Source: a virus. Taken from it: a stretch of DNA of 48,320 nucleotides. Below, one piece after another: positions 1 through 7,238 of the stretch. Positions within the stretch are counted from its first letter, which is position 1; each line of letters opens with the position of its first letter. The position numbers and the translations under genes were made by a program. The stretch spans positions 1-48,320 of the IMG/VR virus record IMGVR_UViG_3300004481_000332, one strand, 5' to 3'. The notes under the pieces were generated by a model, which was given only the letters and a program-made list of their open reading frames with translations, had not been told where the DNA came from and made no database searches.

Positions 1-80
1 TTCCTTCTTCGCAGCATCAAAACTATTTTCAACTGGATCAAACCAGTTCTTAAGTAAGAGTGCCAAACGTTTCATCACCA
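1..80. repeat. Terminal direct repeat: 1-80 is identical to 48241-48320 (overlap of a circular or circularly permuted assembly; unit length 48240 bp)
   Basis: Both ends read ttccttcttcgcagcatcaaaactattttcaactggatcaaaccagttcttaagtaagagtgccaaacgtttcatcacca. Confidence 0.95.
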
Positions 81-1455
81 GTTTCTTTTCAAGAAGTGAA
101 GCTGCTAAGATCATCGTTCCCATCATGATTCTTGCTTGTCTTTGCAATTCAAGAATCTGTGTAGCAGTTGTCTTCCCTCCCTCTTTCGATCCAGTGAACG
201 TCTGACTAGCGGTGTTCCTGTCGATATTCTTTATGAACTCTTGCATCATATTGAACTCAGCGGGTGTGACACCTTGGGATTCTTTCTCGTTTATCGGGAC
301 GATCTGGTTCGGAGTAAGTCCTCTCGTAATCTTTCCCGGCATGAATACATCTTTTGATACTACTCGATCAGAGACATTCAAATACGGTGGCATGAACGAC
401 TTGTAAGTCTTGAGAACACCGAGTCTCATCATCGTATCGAGTATTGCAACAGAATTCTTATTTCTAAAGATAAACGATTTACCGTATGCAAAGTCATGTC
501 TGATTGGTTCTAGATTCTGTTGAACGATTGTATATTCTCCATCTGGAGCAAATTCTGTAAGTGGAAATCCCTGCTTTAACATTATAACTCCATTCAGGAT
601 CAACTGGAATTCGTTGTGTTGCTTGCATTGATATTTAACGACTTCACATTTACCTTCAGTAGCAGAGGGAAGCAATCTCCAAGCGTTCTTGAGCATTGCC
701 TCTTCTGTCGTTCCATTGAATGACTTCCTTGTCTTTGAAACATACTTCCATCTAGAAAGATTGCTATAGAATTGATAAGCTTCATCGTAATCCATAATCT
801 CAACTGTAAAGATGTATGGTTGTTCTTCAATCAAATACTTTGTGAGATCTCCTAAAAATACAGAACATGTCGGAACAATTCTCCTGACTGGCATTCCAAC
901 CTGTCGAACTTCTCTCTCTGTCCATTTCATCTTATCAGGATCGTCGATCGATCCTTTTGATTTCTTCTCTAATATGAAACGATTGTCCCAGGTGTCCTCT
1001 ACGTAGACAACACCTTGCTTTAACATTTCATACTGTCGAAGCATTTTCTTTTCGTCATCGTTTTCTACTTCTTCTGTGCGATCAATTATATCTTCCATCG
1101 CATTTCCCAAAGCAGCGATTGGAAAACTGTTCTTATCAAAAGCCGTTATGTCTGCTTCTAGATTCAATGACTGGAACGACGAGACGAACGACATGAGCTT
1201 CGTTCTGAGCGTTCCTGACTGGTATTGTGGTTCTCCTCTGTTCTTCTTTGGATCTATATATGTATTAGCACCTCGTTCGTTGATCCACCAATACTCGTCA
1301 AAGCTGACATAGTCAAACTCAGGATGTTCCTGAGCTCTCAAATCACGAGCAGACTCTAAACGTTTCTGGAGTGCTCTTATGTACTCGTGTTCACTATCGT
1401 CGTAGATCATCTGTTCTTCAACTACGACTTCTTCTGTTAATTTACTTTCTGGCAT
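1..1455 (-). CDS. Portal protein, N-terminal 485 codons (gene wraps the junction and continues in 47758..48240; 645 aa in total)
   Basis: Checked codon by codon: the minus-strand frame has no stop from 1455 to 1. ATG at 1455 lies 16 nt after the terL stop, with an in-frame TAA just upstream. It is in frame with ORF 47758..48318 through the 80-bp overlap (1455-78 is divisible by 3). Size and position directly after terL fit a portal. Absent from the ORF track because it runs off the window edge. Confidence 0.7.
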   Translation of the reverse strand, partial: MPESKLTEEVVVEEQMIYDDSEHEYIRALQKRLESARDLRAQEHPEFDYVSFDEYWWINERGANTYIDPKKNRGEPQYQSGTLRTKLMSFVSSFQSLNLEADITAFDKNSFPIAALGNAMEDIIDRTEEVENDDEKKMLRQYEMLKQGVVYVEDTWDNRFILEKKSKGSIDDPDKMKWTEREVRQVGMPVRRIVPTCSVFLGDLTKYLIEEQPYIFTVEIMDYDEAYQFYSNLSRWKYVSKTRKSFNGTTEEAMLKNAWRLLPSATEGKCEVVKYQCKQHNEFQLILNGVIMLKQGFPLTEFAPDGEYTIVQQNLEPIRHDFAYGKSFIFRNKNSVAILDTMMRLGVLKTYKSFMPPYLNVSDRVVSKDVFMPGKITRGLTPNQIVPINEKESQGVTPAEFNMMQEFIKNIDRNTASQTFTGSKEGGKTTATQILELQRQARIMMGTMILAASLLEKKLVMKRLALLLKNWFDPVENSFDAAKKE

Positions 1456-1471
1456 GTATTAAAATAATTAT

Positions 1472-2809
1472 TTAAACTCCAAATGGATTAAGTGGATCGT
1501 GTTTTTCACCAGCTTCCCTGGCGACCGTCTTTTCAAATTCTTCTATTTCAGGATCTTTGATGTAGTGTCCGAGCTGACCTTCCCTCCGTCCCAAGGCCAA
1601 CATCCTGAATGCATCTGATGCGTGAGAAGCCCAATCGTGGAATGGCTTGTCTTTGAATGCTCTACGTATGTCATCATATTCTCTGTGATATGATGCAAGA
1701 GCATTTATGCCACGATCACATTTCTCATCAAACCAACATTTATTAAACATACGTCGAACTGTGTCTATCCCCTCCTCCACAGGCAAGTTCGGAGCTAATT
1801 CAAAATTGATTCCCAACTCCATAGCAACTTCATAACGTGATTTTCCAGTTCCGAGTTCTTTCACTTTGATGTCGTGAGGAGCTATGTGTCTTCCATAGAC
1901 ATACGGTTTCTCTTGGAGCTTCTTTGCGTAATATGCTAATCCTTCTCCCGACTGCTCGAAGTAGTCAATCAAGTGAACCTCAGCTCCAATTTCTTGAAAG
2001 AACCAAATAACCATCGTATCAGTGAACCCAAGATCCCAAGCGGTGTTGACTTTGTACCTATTATCGTAGAGTGATCTAACGATCCTTTTCTCAGTTCTTG
2101 CTGCTTCAATCAATTTACCGTAATACGATCCAGCCATCGGTCCCTCGAATGAACAGTAGAACTCTTGCTGGGCTAAATCAGGATCCATTCCCTCCCTTAT
2201 TTCTCTTTCAACGTCTTCAGGTGTGACAACTCCAGTGTCTAAGATCGTAAGCTTCTCACAAAACCATTCTGGATTCTGTTTTGCCATCTCATACAGCTGC
2301 CAACCGTGATTGCGACCTCGAGGAGTATAGAGAAACATTGCCCAACCTTCATTTTCAGTGAGAATCGGTCGAACGAAGTCCCATGCTGACGGATTCTGGA
2401 GTGAATACTCTGACCATATCGTCCCAATTGGATTCGTTCCAACGACAGAATCGAAGTTATCCGTCCCTACGATTTGAAAGAGTGATCCGTTCTTGAGAAC
2501 AATCTTCATTTCAGAGTCATTTTTCTTAGCAATAAGCTCTTTAGGAAAATGTGCAATGAACTTAAATCCGTCTTTATCAATACCATCCCAGATAATCTTT
2601 CTTCCTTGATTGTATGTAGGCAGGAAATAGTAATAGACTCCAACCTTTTCTAGCATCATTTCGATCATTATGTTCAATCCAGTTTTATCTTTTCCACCTC
2701 GACGGTGCCAAACAGCAACTGCTCTCTTACCCCCACCTTCTATGTATTTCTTGATTGGACGTTGATAAGCTCTTGGGGTGAAATTGTATGGGATTTCTAG
2801 ATTTTTCAT
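1472..2809 (-). CDS. terL: Terminase large subunit
   Basis: 445 aa. N-terminal ATPase region AVAVWHRRGGKDKTG (Walker A-like), then an acidic nuclease-type C-terminal half. Immediately followed by the portal gene. Confidence 0.9.
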   Translation of the reverse strand: MKNLEIPYNFTPRAYQRPIKKYIEGGGKRAVAVWHRRGGKDKTGLNIMIEMMLEKVGVYYYFLPTYNQGRKIIWDGIDKDGFKFIAHFPKELIAKKNDSEMKIVLKNGSLFQIVGTDNFDSVVGTNPIGTIWSEYSLQNPSAWDFVRPILTENEGWAMFLYTPRGRNHGWQLYEMAKQNPEWFCEKLTILDTGVVTPEDVEREIREGMDPDLAQQEFYCSFEGPMAGSYYGKLIEAARTEKRIVRSLYDNRYKVNTAWDLGFTDTMVIWFFQEIGAEVHLIDYFEQSGEGLAYYAKKLQEKPYVYGRHIAPHDIKVKELGTGKSRYEVAMELGINFELAPNLPVEEGIDTVRRMFNKCWFDEKCDRGINALASYHREYDDIRRAFKDKPFHDWASHASDAFRMLALGRREGQLGHYIKDPEIEEFEKTVAREAGEKHDPLNPFGV

Positions 2810-3100
2810 ATGTAGGCATGAACTGCTTGGATGTTTTAAATATAAAAACTGAAACTGCTTAGCGGATTCTTATTAAAAACGGAGAATAGCATATTAAAAG
2901 CGTATATATAGGCGGACTCTTTCGATCGTGATCATTCACAATATCAGATTTTACTACAAGTCGGGGTCGGGGGATGGGTAGCCCCTGAAAGAATGCAGCC
3001 TAGTTTAATCCTTATACCCTCTAAGGAATTATCCCTGCTAGTTTAATGGAATCATCCGGCTTCCTTCCTCCTCTCTCATATAGGCCATTCTGTGCTATAA

Positions 3101-3129
3101 TTTACAATATGAGCCATTTGTATTATACT
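3101..3129 (+). promoter_or_regulatory. Candidate sigma70-type promoter (TTTACA-N17-TATACT)
   Basis: TTTACA at 3101-3106 and TATACT at 3124-3129. A similar TGTATyATACTATC context recurs at 6438-6452. Confidence 0.35.
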
Positions 3130-3220
3130 ATCATATTGTAATTGGGCGTATAAGGCAAGATGTTTAGCGGAGCCACATAATACTACCTCCCTAGTTTAAT
3201 ACATTTAAGCTATACTGTAA

Positions 3221-3268
3221 ACCTGTTAATAACTTACTATTTACAGCGGAATTGTTTTCTTATATAAT
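3221..3268 (+). promoter_or_regulatory. Early promoter P1 with upstream box ACCTGTTAATAACTTA
   Basis: Box at 3221-3236. -35 TTTACA at 3240-3245, 17-nt spacer, -10 TATAAT at 3263-3268. Homologous to P2 and P3. Confidence 0.75.
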
Positions 3269-3314
3269 AAAAGTATAATAAGTAATCAAAGATGCTCGTT
3301 CTTTAAAATAAAAT

Positions 3315-3521
3315 ATGAAAAGAGAAATTGAAAAAGAATTAGTTTTAACAATCAAAGTTAAAAATCAAAAAGATTTAGAATTAATCCAGCAATTAGAAGA
3401 TTTATTATCAAGATTGTTAAAAAAAGATTTTATTGATAGCGGATTTAGTTTGAAAAATAAAGAAAAAGAATTATTTATTCCGCTTTCAAAATCAATTACT
3501 GCAACAATCAATAAATTTTAA
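3315..3521 (+). CDS. Hypothetical early protein (68 aa)
   Basis: ORF follows P1 and the leader CGTTCTTTAAAA (3297-3308). No recognisable motif. Confidence 0.6.
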   Translation: MKREIEKELVLTIKVKNQKDLELIQQLEDLLSRLLKKDFIDSGFSLKNKEKELFIPLSKSITATINKF

Positions 3522-3571
3522 TTAGCCGTTTCCTTATTCCATTATTCAAACGAGCAGACTAGTGGAATAAG
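3522..3571 (+). repeat. Stop-box/hairpin element copy A (TTAGCCGTT + stem CTTATTCCA/TGGAATAAG)
   Basis: TTAGCCGTT at 3522-3530. 9-bp stem 3533-3541 with 3563-3571. Confidence 0.7.
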
Positions 3572-3614
3572 ATAAGTGGATAATTAATTAAGAAGCTGGC
3601 CGTTCTTTAAAAAT

Positions 3615-3935
3615 ATGAAAACATTTAAAACAACAGGAGTTGTTTATGGAAAATTGTGGGGAGGAGGTTTCGGAGCATATCCTGCAGAAAAGCTATATAA
3701 TAATGAGAAGGGAGAATTGTTAAAAGAAGCAAAGAAATTATTGAAGACTGGAGGATTAGATTCTGGAATGGGCTATGAGTATTTGAAAGGAGCACTTCTA
3801 GAAATCGAAGAAATTGAAACGATTGAAATTAAAGGAAAAGAATACCAGAGAAGCGAATATAGTCTAGAATATATCGGAGACCTTACTCAAAAAGAAAAGT
3901 TGTTTCTTAGACAGTGCCAAGTTAATTCCTATTAG
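3615..3935 (+). CDS. Hypothetical early protein (106 aa)
   Basis: ORF preceded by leader CGTTCTTTAAAAATATG (3601-3617). Its TAG stop lies inside stop-box copy B. Confidence 0.6.
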   Translation: MKTFKTTGVVYGKLWGGGFGAYPAEKLYNNEKGELLKEAKKLLKTGGLDSGMGYEYLKGALLEIEEIETIEIKGKEYQRSEYSLEYIGDLTQKEKLFLRQCQVNSY

Positions 3936-3980
3936 CCGTTGACTTCGTTCATAATTGTCGGCCAGAAATCGTGAACGAAG
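3932..3980 (+). repeat. Stop-box/hairpin element copy B (TTAGCCGTT + stem CTTCGTTCA/TGAACGAAG)
   Basis: TTAGCCGTT at 3932-3940. 9-bp stem 3943-3951 with 3972-3980. Confidence 0.7.
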
Positions 3981-4030
3981 ATGAATGGATAATTCATAAC
4001 CGAGCAATGCTATTTAGCTCTTTAACAAAT

Positions 4031-4270
4031 ATGAAATTAAGAGTATGGTGGAAACCTCAGATTCCAATGAATAATTCGTTTTATGTAGATGTTAAAACAA
4101 TAAAAGAAGCAAAAAAGATATTAGATGTTTTAGCAGAATATGATTCATTCCAATTAGATAATAAAATTAAACCGGATTATTCAAATGCAGGTGGATTAGA
4201 AGAATTTAAAGACAAAGAATGGAATGAATGGGAAAGTGAAAATGGAGAATCTATCGATGAAATAGAATAA
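4031..4270 (+). CDS. Hypothetical early protein (79 aa from ATG 4031; the track gives a GTG start at 3971)
   Basis: GTG 3971 sits inside the 3' arm of hairpin B. ATG 4031 lies 51 nt after the hairpin, matching the 34-51 nt hairpin-to-ATG spacing of the other copies. Confidence 0.55.
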   Translation: MKLRVWWKPQIPMNNSFYVDVKTIKEAKKILDVLAEYDSFQLDNKIKPDYSNAGGLEEFKDKEWNEWESENGESIDEIE

Positions 4271-4316
4271 GCCGTTAACAAAGACTCCGTGATAAAATAG
4301 CAATCACGGATTTTTT
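4268..4316 (+). terminator. Stop-box copy C (TAAGCCGTT) plus intrinsic terminator ending the 3-gene cassette
   Basis: TAAGCCGTT at 4268-4276. Stem TCCGTGAT (4286-4293) with ATCACGGA (4303-4310), followed by TTTTTT at 4311-4316. Confidence 0.8.
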
Positions 4317-4347
4317 GTGTGTTTAAAAGAACAAGATTGGAGAATTG

Positions 4348-4803
4348 TTAATTTTCTTTCTTGATAACAATTCTTATCGGTTCAGATTTATCACCGGAGA
4401 GGTAGTTTTTATCTTCCCATTCAGCATTATTTTTCAACCAGAAGATTAATCCTGCAGTATTCTGTTTTGAATTCACGAGTCTGTCTTCAATAAACTGTCT
4501 TACTTTTTCTTTCGCGTCTTCAATCATCTTTTTGTATTGTTTCTTTCCCTGAAATTGCAAAAGTGTCTTCCGTGTCAACCCTAAGTACATTGCAAGTCCA
4601 GTCATTGTATATACTTTATCTTTCTTATTACATTCGTCGAAGTACTTATCAAACAGCATTTGCAGTTCTTCAGGAGAGTTAAATAAACACTTCCGGCGGA
4701 TTTTACCTCTATCTTGTTTTTCCAGTTGTTTCAATCTAGAATTGTCAATTATTGGAATTGATTTGTCTGCCTTATTAAGTTTTGTATTCTTGTCTTTTGA
4801 CAT
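4348..4803 (-). CDS. terS: Terminase small subunit (gp3-like DNA-packaging protein)
   Basis: 151 aa. PEELQMLFDKYFDEC, an HTH-like segment YTMTGLAMYLGLTRKTLLQF, and C-terminal AGLIFWLKNNAEWEDK. This matches the small-terminase family pattern as I remember it. Confidence 0.8.
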   Translation of the reverse strand: MSKDKNTKLNKADKSIPIIDNSRLKQLEKQDRGKIRRKCLFNSPEELQMLFDKYFDECNKKDKVYTMTGLAMYLGLTRKTLLQFQGKKQYKKMIEDAKEKVRQFIEDRLVNSKQNTAGLIFWLKNNAEWEDKNYLSGDKSEPIRIVIKKEN

Positions 4804-4827
4804 CTGAGCAAAATTAAAAGACCAATA

Positions 4828-5199
4828 CTACATTTGTAGCTGGCCTTCTAGCTTCTTTATTGATTCTGTTTGCGGTTGATTTGTGCAGAAAAACTTCTTT
4901 GCAAGTTGTCCTAACTCACATTTGCAATACTTCTTTTCTGCTCTGTTTAGACCTGTATCTTTGCAGATTCTGCATTTAAAGCCTTGATTTTCATTTTCAT
5001 AATCTCTCAACCATTCCTCCGTTAACGGAACGTTAAAGATTATCTTATATCCGACTGCCTTTCCCATTTTATTCTTGATCTGACGGACAATAACATAGAA
5101 TTTACTGTGTGTGTAAAACTCATCATATTCCTTCATAGAGACATCTTTCACAACATATCTCATTTCAACTTCGTGTTCTTTGTTATAAACTGTTGGCAT
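4828..5199 (-). CDS. Hypothetical Cys-rich (zinc-binding?) protein, 123 aa
   Basis: ATG at 5199 lies 1 nt after the upstream stop (5201-5203); the track's longer start overlaps the upstream gene. Contains CRICKDTG...CKCELG. Confidence 0.55.
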   Translation of the reverse strand: MPTVYNKEHEVEMRYVVKDVSMKEYDEFYTHSKFYVIVRQIKNKMGKAVGYKIIFNVPLTEEWLRDYENENQGFKCRICKDTGLNRAEKKYCKCELGQLAKKFFCTNQPQTESIKKLEGQLQM

Positions 5200-5200
5200 A

Positions 5201-6034
5201 TTATTGTAGTAAATTGTTTTGTTTAAGATATTCGAATTCCTCTTGTTCGTTTTTATGTTTTGTGTAATTGGTATGTGCAATTTCTAAATCTTTAAAAGAT
5301 TCAAATCCTCTATCTAAGAATTTATGCAATGACCATTTGTATTTGAAAAAACAAGATTCGTCCGTTAAAATAGTATTATAATTCTCAATGGTCTTTGTAA
5401 TCTCTCCCATCGAATATCCGTCACGGATTCGACCATTGATCGCTCTTTTCATTTTATCCGTGATCTTCTTGTGCTGTATTATATTTTGACTATTCCAAGC
5501 TTCTAAGATTATTGAATAAAGAACTGTCTTTGCTGATCTCGGCTCTGCCGGATCAGTATAAATATCTTTTTTAATTTCTTTATTATTTAATTTTATTATA
5601 TACGAGTCTTTTTGTGGACTATCTAAGTCCACCGTATGGACTATCTTTTGTAGTATTCCAAAAGATAATCCACTGGATGGACTATCTTTTTTCTTTTTAC
5701 TTTCATAATAATCCGTGTTCAGTTTCCAGATATCTACAAGTTCATAAACGGTTATCGGTTTTGTTTTTCCTTGTTTAGATCCAACGGACTTAATCCATCC
5801 GTGTTCTAGAAGATATTTTAAAGAGATTGAAACTTGACCATTACTCATTCCTGTTCTTTTTACCAACTCAGAACGTGATAACCAGCAACGATTGTTCGGG
5901 CCAGCCGTTCTTTTCATTTCAATATACAATGCTCGATCATATAATGATGAATGATTCAATATGTAGTTCGGAACGATGGTAAAGTATTTCCAGTCGTCTG
6001 AGTTATTGATAAGTTGGAAATTGTTATCTTCCAT
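5201..6034 (-). CDS. Winged-helix DNA-binding protein, replication-organiser/DnaD-like (putative)
   Basis: 277 aa. N-terminal wHTH-like segment SRSELVKRTGMSNGQVSISLKYLLEHGWI. The C-terminal part (WNSQNIIQHKKIT...KYKWSLHKFL) resembles the conserved phage replication-protein C-terminus. Adjacent to an AT-rich iteron region. Confidence 0.4.
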   Translation of the reverse strand: MEDNNFQLINNSDDWKYFTIVPNYILNHSSLYDRALYIEMKRTAGPNNRCWLSRSELVKRTGMSNGQVSISLKYLLEHGWIKSVGSKQGKTKPITVYELVDIWKLNTDYYESKKKKDSPSSGLSFGILQKIVHTVDLDSPQKDSYIIKLNNKEIKKDIYTDPAEPRSAKTVLYSIILEAWNSQNIIQHKKITDKMKRAINGRIRDGYSMGEITKTIENYNTILTDESCFFKYKWSLHKFLDRGFESFKDLEIAHTNYTKHKNEQEEFEYLKQNNLLQ

Positions 6035-6042
6035 ACGATAAA

Positions 6043-6112
6043 AACCCGAACTTTGTAGTAGCGGGTTCTGGTGGGTTTCTTTAAATTAATAAAGCCGAAC
6101 CCACTACTACAA
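6043..6112 (-). promoter_or_regulatory. Leader structures upstream of 5201..6034: a 16-bp inverted repeat competing with a short hairpin + U-run
   Basis: TTGTAGTAGCGGGTTC (6053-6068) pairs with GAACCCACTACTACAA (6097-6112), one G:U. Alternative stem AACCCG (6043-6048) with CGGGTT (6062-6067) is followed in the minus sense by UUUUU, 8 nt before the ATG at 6034. Confidence 0.5.
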
Positions 6113-6185
6113 AATCCTTATTAATTTATTATGATTAAATAATATCACGTTCTATTGTGTTTGTAAATAGCTCAAAAACAGCATT

Positions 6186-6314
6186 TTTATAATAAAACTA
6201 TATAAAAGACAAATGATCAAATGTTAATAAGTTATTCTTCTGATCTTAAATTGCATCACAAATGAATTAAATGACATTTTTGAAATGCATACATTTATAA
6301 TAAAATACAAATGA
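6186..6314. other. AT-rich repeat region (candidate replication origin and/or extra early promoters)
   Basis: AAATG(A) at 6211, 6219, 6260, 6269, 6283 and 6309. TTTATAATAAAA at 6186-6197 and 6294-6305, the same TATAATAAAA context as the -10 of P1-P3. Confidence 0.35.
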
Positions 6315-6343
6315 TATTATAATACAAACATATTAATTTGTAA

Positions 6344-6391
6344 ACCTGTTAACAACTAGATATTTACAACAACATTTAATCGTGATATAAT
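6344..6391 (+). promoter_or_regulatory. Early promoter P2 with upstream box ACCTGTTAACAACTAG
   Basis: -35 TTTACA at 6363-6368, 17-nt spacer, extended -10 TGaTATAAT (TATAAT at 6386-6391). Confidence 0.75.
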
Positions 6392-6453
6392 AAAAATATA
6401 ATAGGAAAAACGATTTAATATTTACAAATTGAAATAAATGTATCATACTATCT

Positions 6454-6501
6454 ACCTGTTAATAACTTATCCTTTACAAGCGAATTGTTTCGTGATATAA
6501 T
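6454..6501 (+). promoter_or_regulatory. Early promoter P3 with upstream box ACCTGTTAATAACTTA
   Basis: -35 TTTACA at 6473-6478, 17-nt spacer, extended -10 TGaTATAAT (TATAAT at 6496-6501). Confidence 0.8.
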
Positions 6502-6545
6502 AAAAATGAAGTAAATTAATCAAGTGGGTCTAGCACTTTAAAAAT

Positions 6546-6743
6546 ATGATCTTATATGCAGTGAATCAATATCAACCAAATGAAAATTATATTGATAGAA
6601 CTATTGCCATCTTTGATAATGAGATTACGGCCGAAAAATACAAAAGAGAATTAAACAAGGAATATGGCAATAGAAAATCAAACGACAACGAAGAAGCACA
6701 CCATTATTGGGTTGAAGATTTTATTTTAAACGAAAAGTATTAG
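6546..6743 (+). CDS. Hypothetical early protein (65 aa)
   Basis: First ORF after P3. Its TAG stop lies inside stop-box copy D. Confidence 0.6.
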   Translation: MILYAVNQYQPNENYIDRTIAIFDNEITAEKYKRELNKEYGNRKSNDNEEAHHYWVEDFILNEKY

Positions 6744-6787
6744 CCGTTAACTTGATTCTTAATTGTCTAGATCAATCGAGACCCAAG
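6740..6787 (+). repeat. Stop-box/hairpin element copy D (TTAGCCGTT, degenerate stem)
   Basis: TTAGCCGTT at 6740-6748. The 5' arm CTTGATTCT is conserved, but pairing with AGACCCAAG (6779-6787) has 2 mismatches. Confidence 0.45.
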
Positions 6788-6828
6788 ATTATCCGCTAAT
6801 AAGTGAGTCAAGCACTTTGACAATATAT

Positions 6829-7146
6829 ATGGATAAAGATCAAGCACAATTTTTAGCAGAGAGTTTAATGAAAGAACACGGACTCGGAAAGAAATGGAAA
6901 TTCAAATGGATCCGTTCTTATCATAAATACGGACAATGTGATTGGATGTTCAAAGAGATCCGTTTATCAAAACCCTTTGTTAAAGTAAACGAAGAGTTCG
7001 AAGTTAGAAACACAATTTTACACGAACTTGCACACGCAAAGTGTCATAAGCACGGACACAACAAATTCTGGAAAGCGTGGTGTATAAAACTCGGAGCCAG
7101 ACCTTGCAGAATCGATACTTGTGCAAATAGACCAAGAAAAGATTAG
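6829..7146 (+). CDS. SprT-like zinc metalloprotease domain protein
   Basis: ILHELAHAKCHKHGHNKFWKAWCIKLG (HExxH plus a downstream His). ATG 6829 is preferred over the track's TTG 6763, which lies inside element D. Confidence 0.65.
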   Translation: MDKDQAQFLAESLMKEHGLGKKWKFKWIRSYHKYGQCDWMFKEIRLSKPFVKVNEEFEVRNTILHELAHAKCHKHGHNKFWKAWCIKLGARPCRIDTCANRPRKD

Positions 7147-7190
7147 CCGTTTCCTTGATTCTCAATTCACTTGACAAGTTGAGACTCAAG
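7143..7190 (+). repeat. Stop-box/hairpin element copy E (TTAGCCGTT + 12-bp stem)
   Basis: TTAGCCGTT at 7143-7151. CTTGATTCTCAA (7154-7165) pairs with TTGAGACTCAAG (7179-7190), one G:U. Confidence 0.7.
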
Positions 7191-7204
7191 ATAAATTGCA
7201 AATC

Positions 7205-7213
7205 AAAGGTCGA
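7205..7213 (+). promoter_or_regulatory. AAAGGTCGA box copy 1
   Basis: Box starts 34 nt upstream of ATG 7239. Confidence 0.5.
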
Positions 7214-7238
7214 TAATTAAGCACATTAATATAAATGT

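Larger units (their letters stand above)
2810..3314. promoter_or_regulatory. 505-bp ORF-free control region between terL and the plus-strand cassette, carrying repeated boxes
   Basis: No ORF of 60 aa or more. AACTGCTT at 2821-2828 and 2853-2860. TTAGCGGA at 2859-2866 and 3164-3171. CTAGTTTAAT at 3000-3009, 3038-3047 and 3191-3200. Confidence 0.6.

Noticed and set aside
136-1312. ORF-track entries 136..357, 212..406, 812..1006 and 1076..1312 (plus strand) and 600..830 (minus strand)
   Set aside because: They lie inside the 1..1455 minus-strand portal reading frame, which is open end to end. They have no start context and are most likely shadow ORFs.
2963-2985. G-quadruplex candidate GGGGTCGGGGGATGGGTAGCCCC
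   Set aside because: Only three G-runs are present, and the adjacent CCCC more simply forms a short hairpin.
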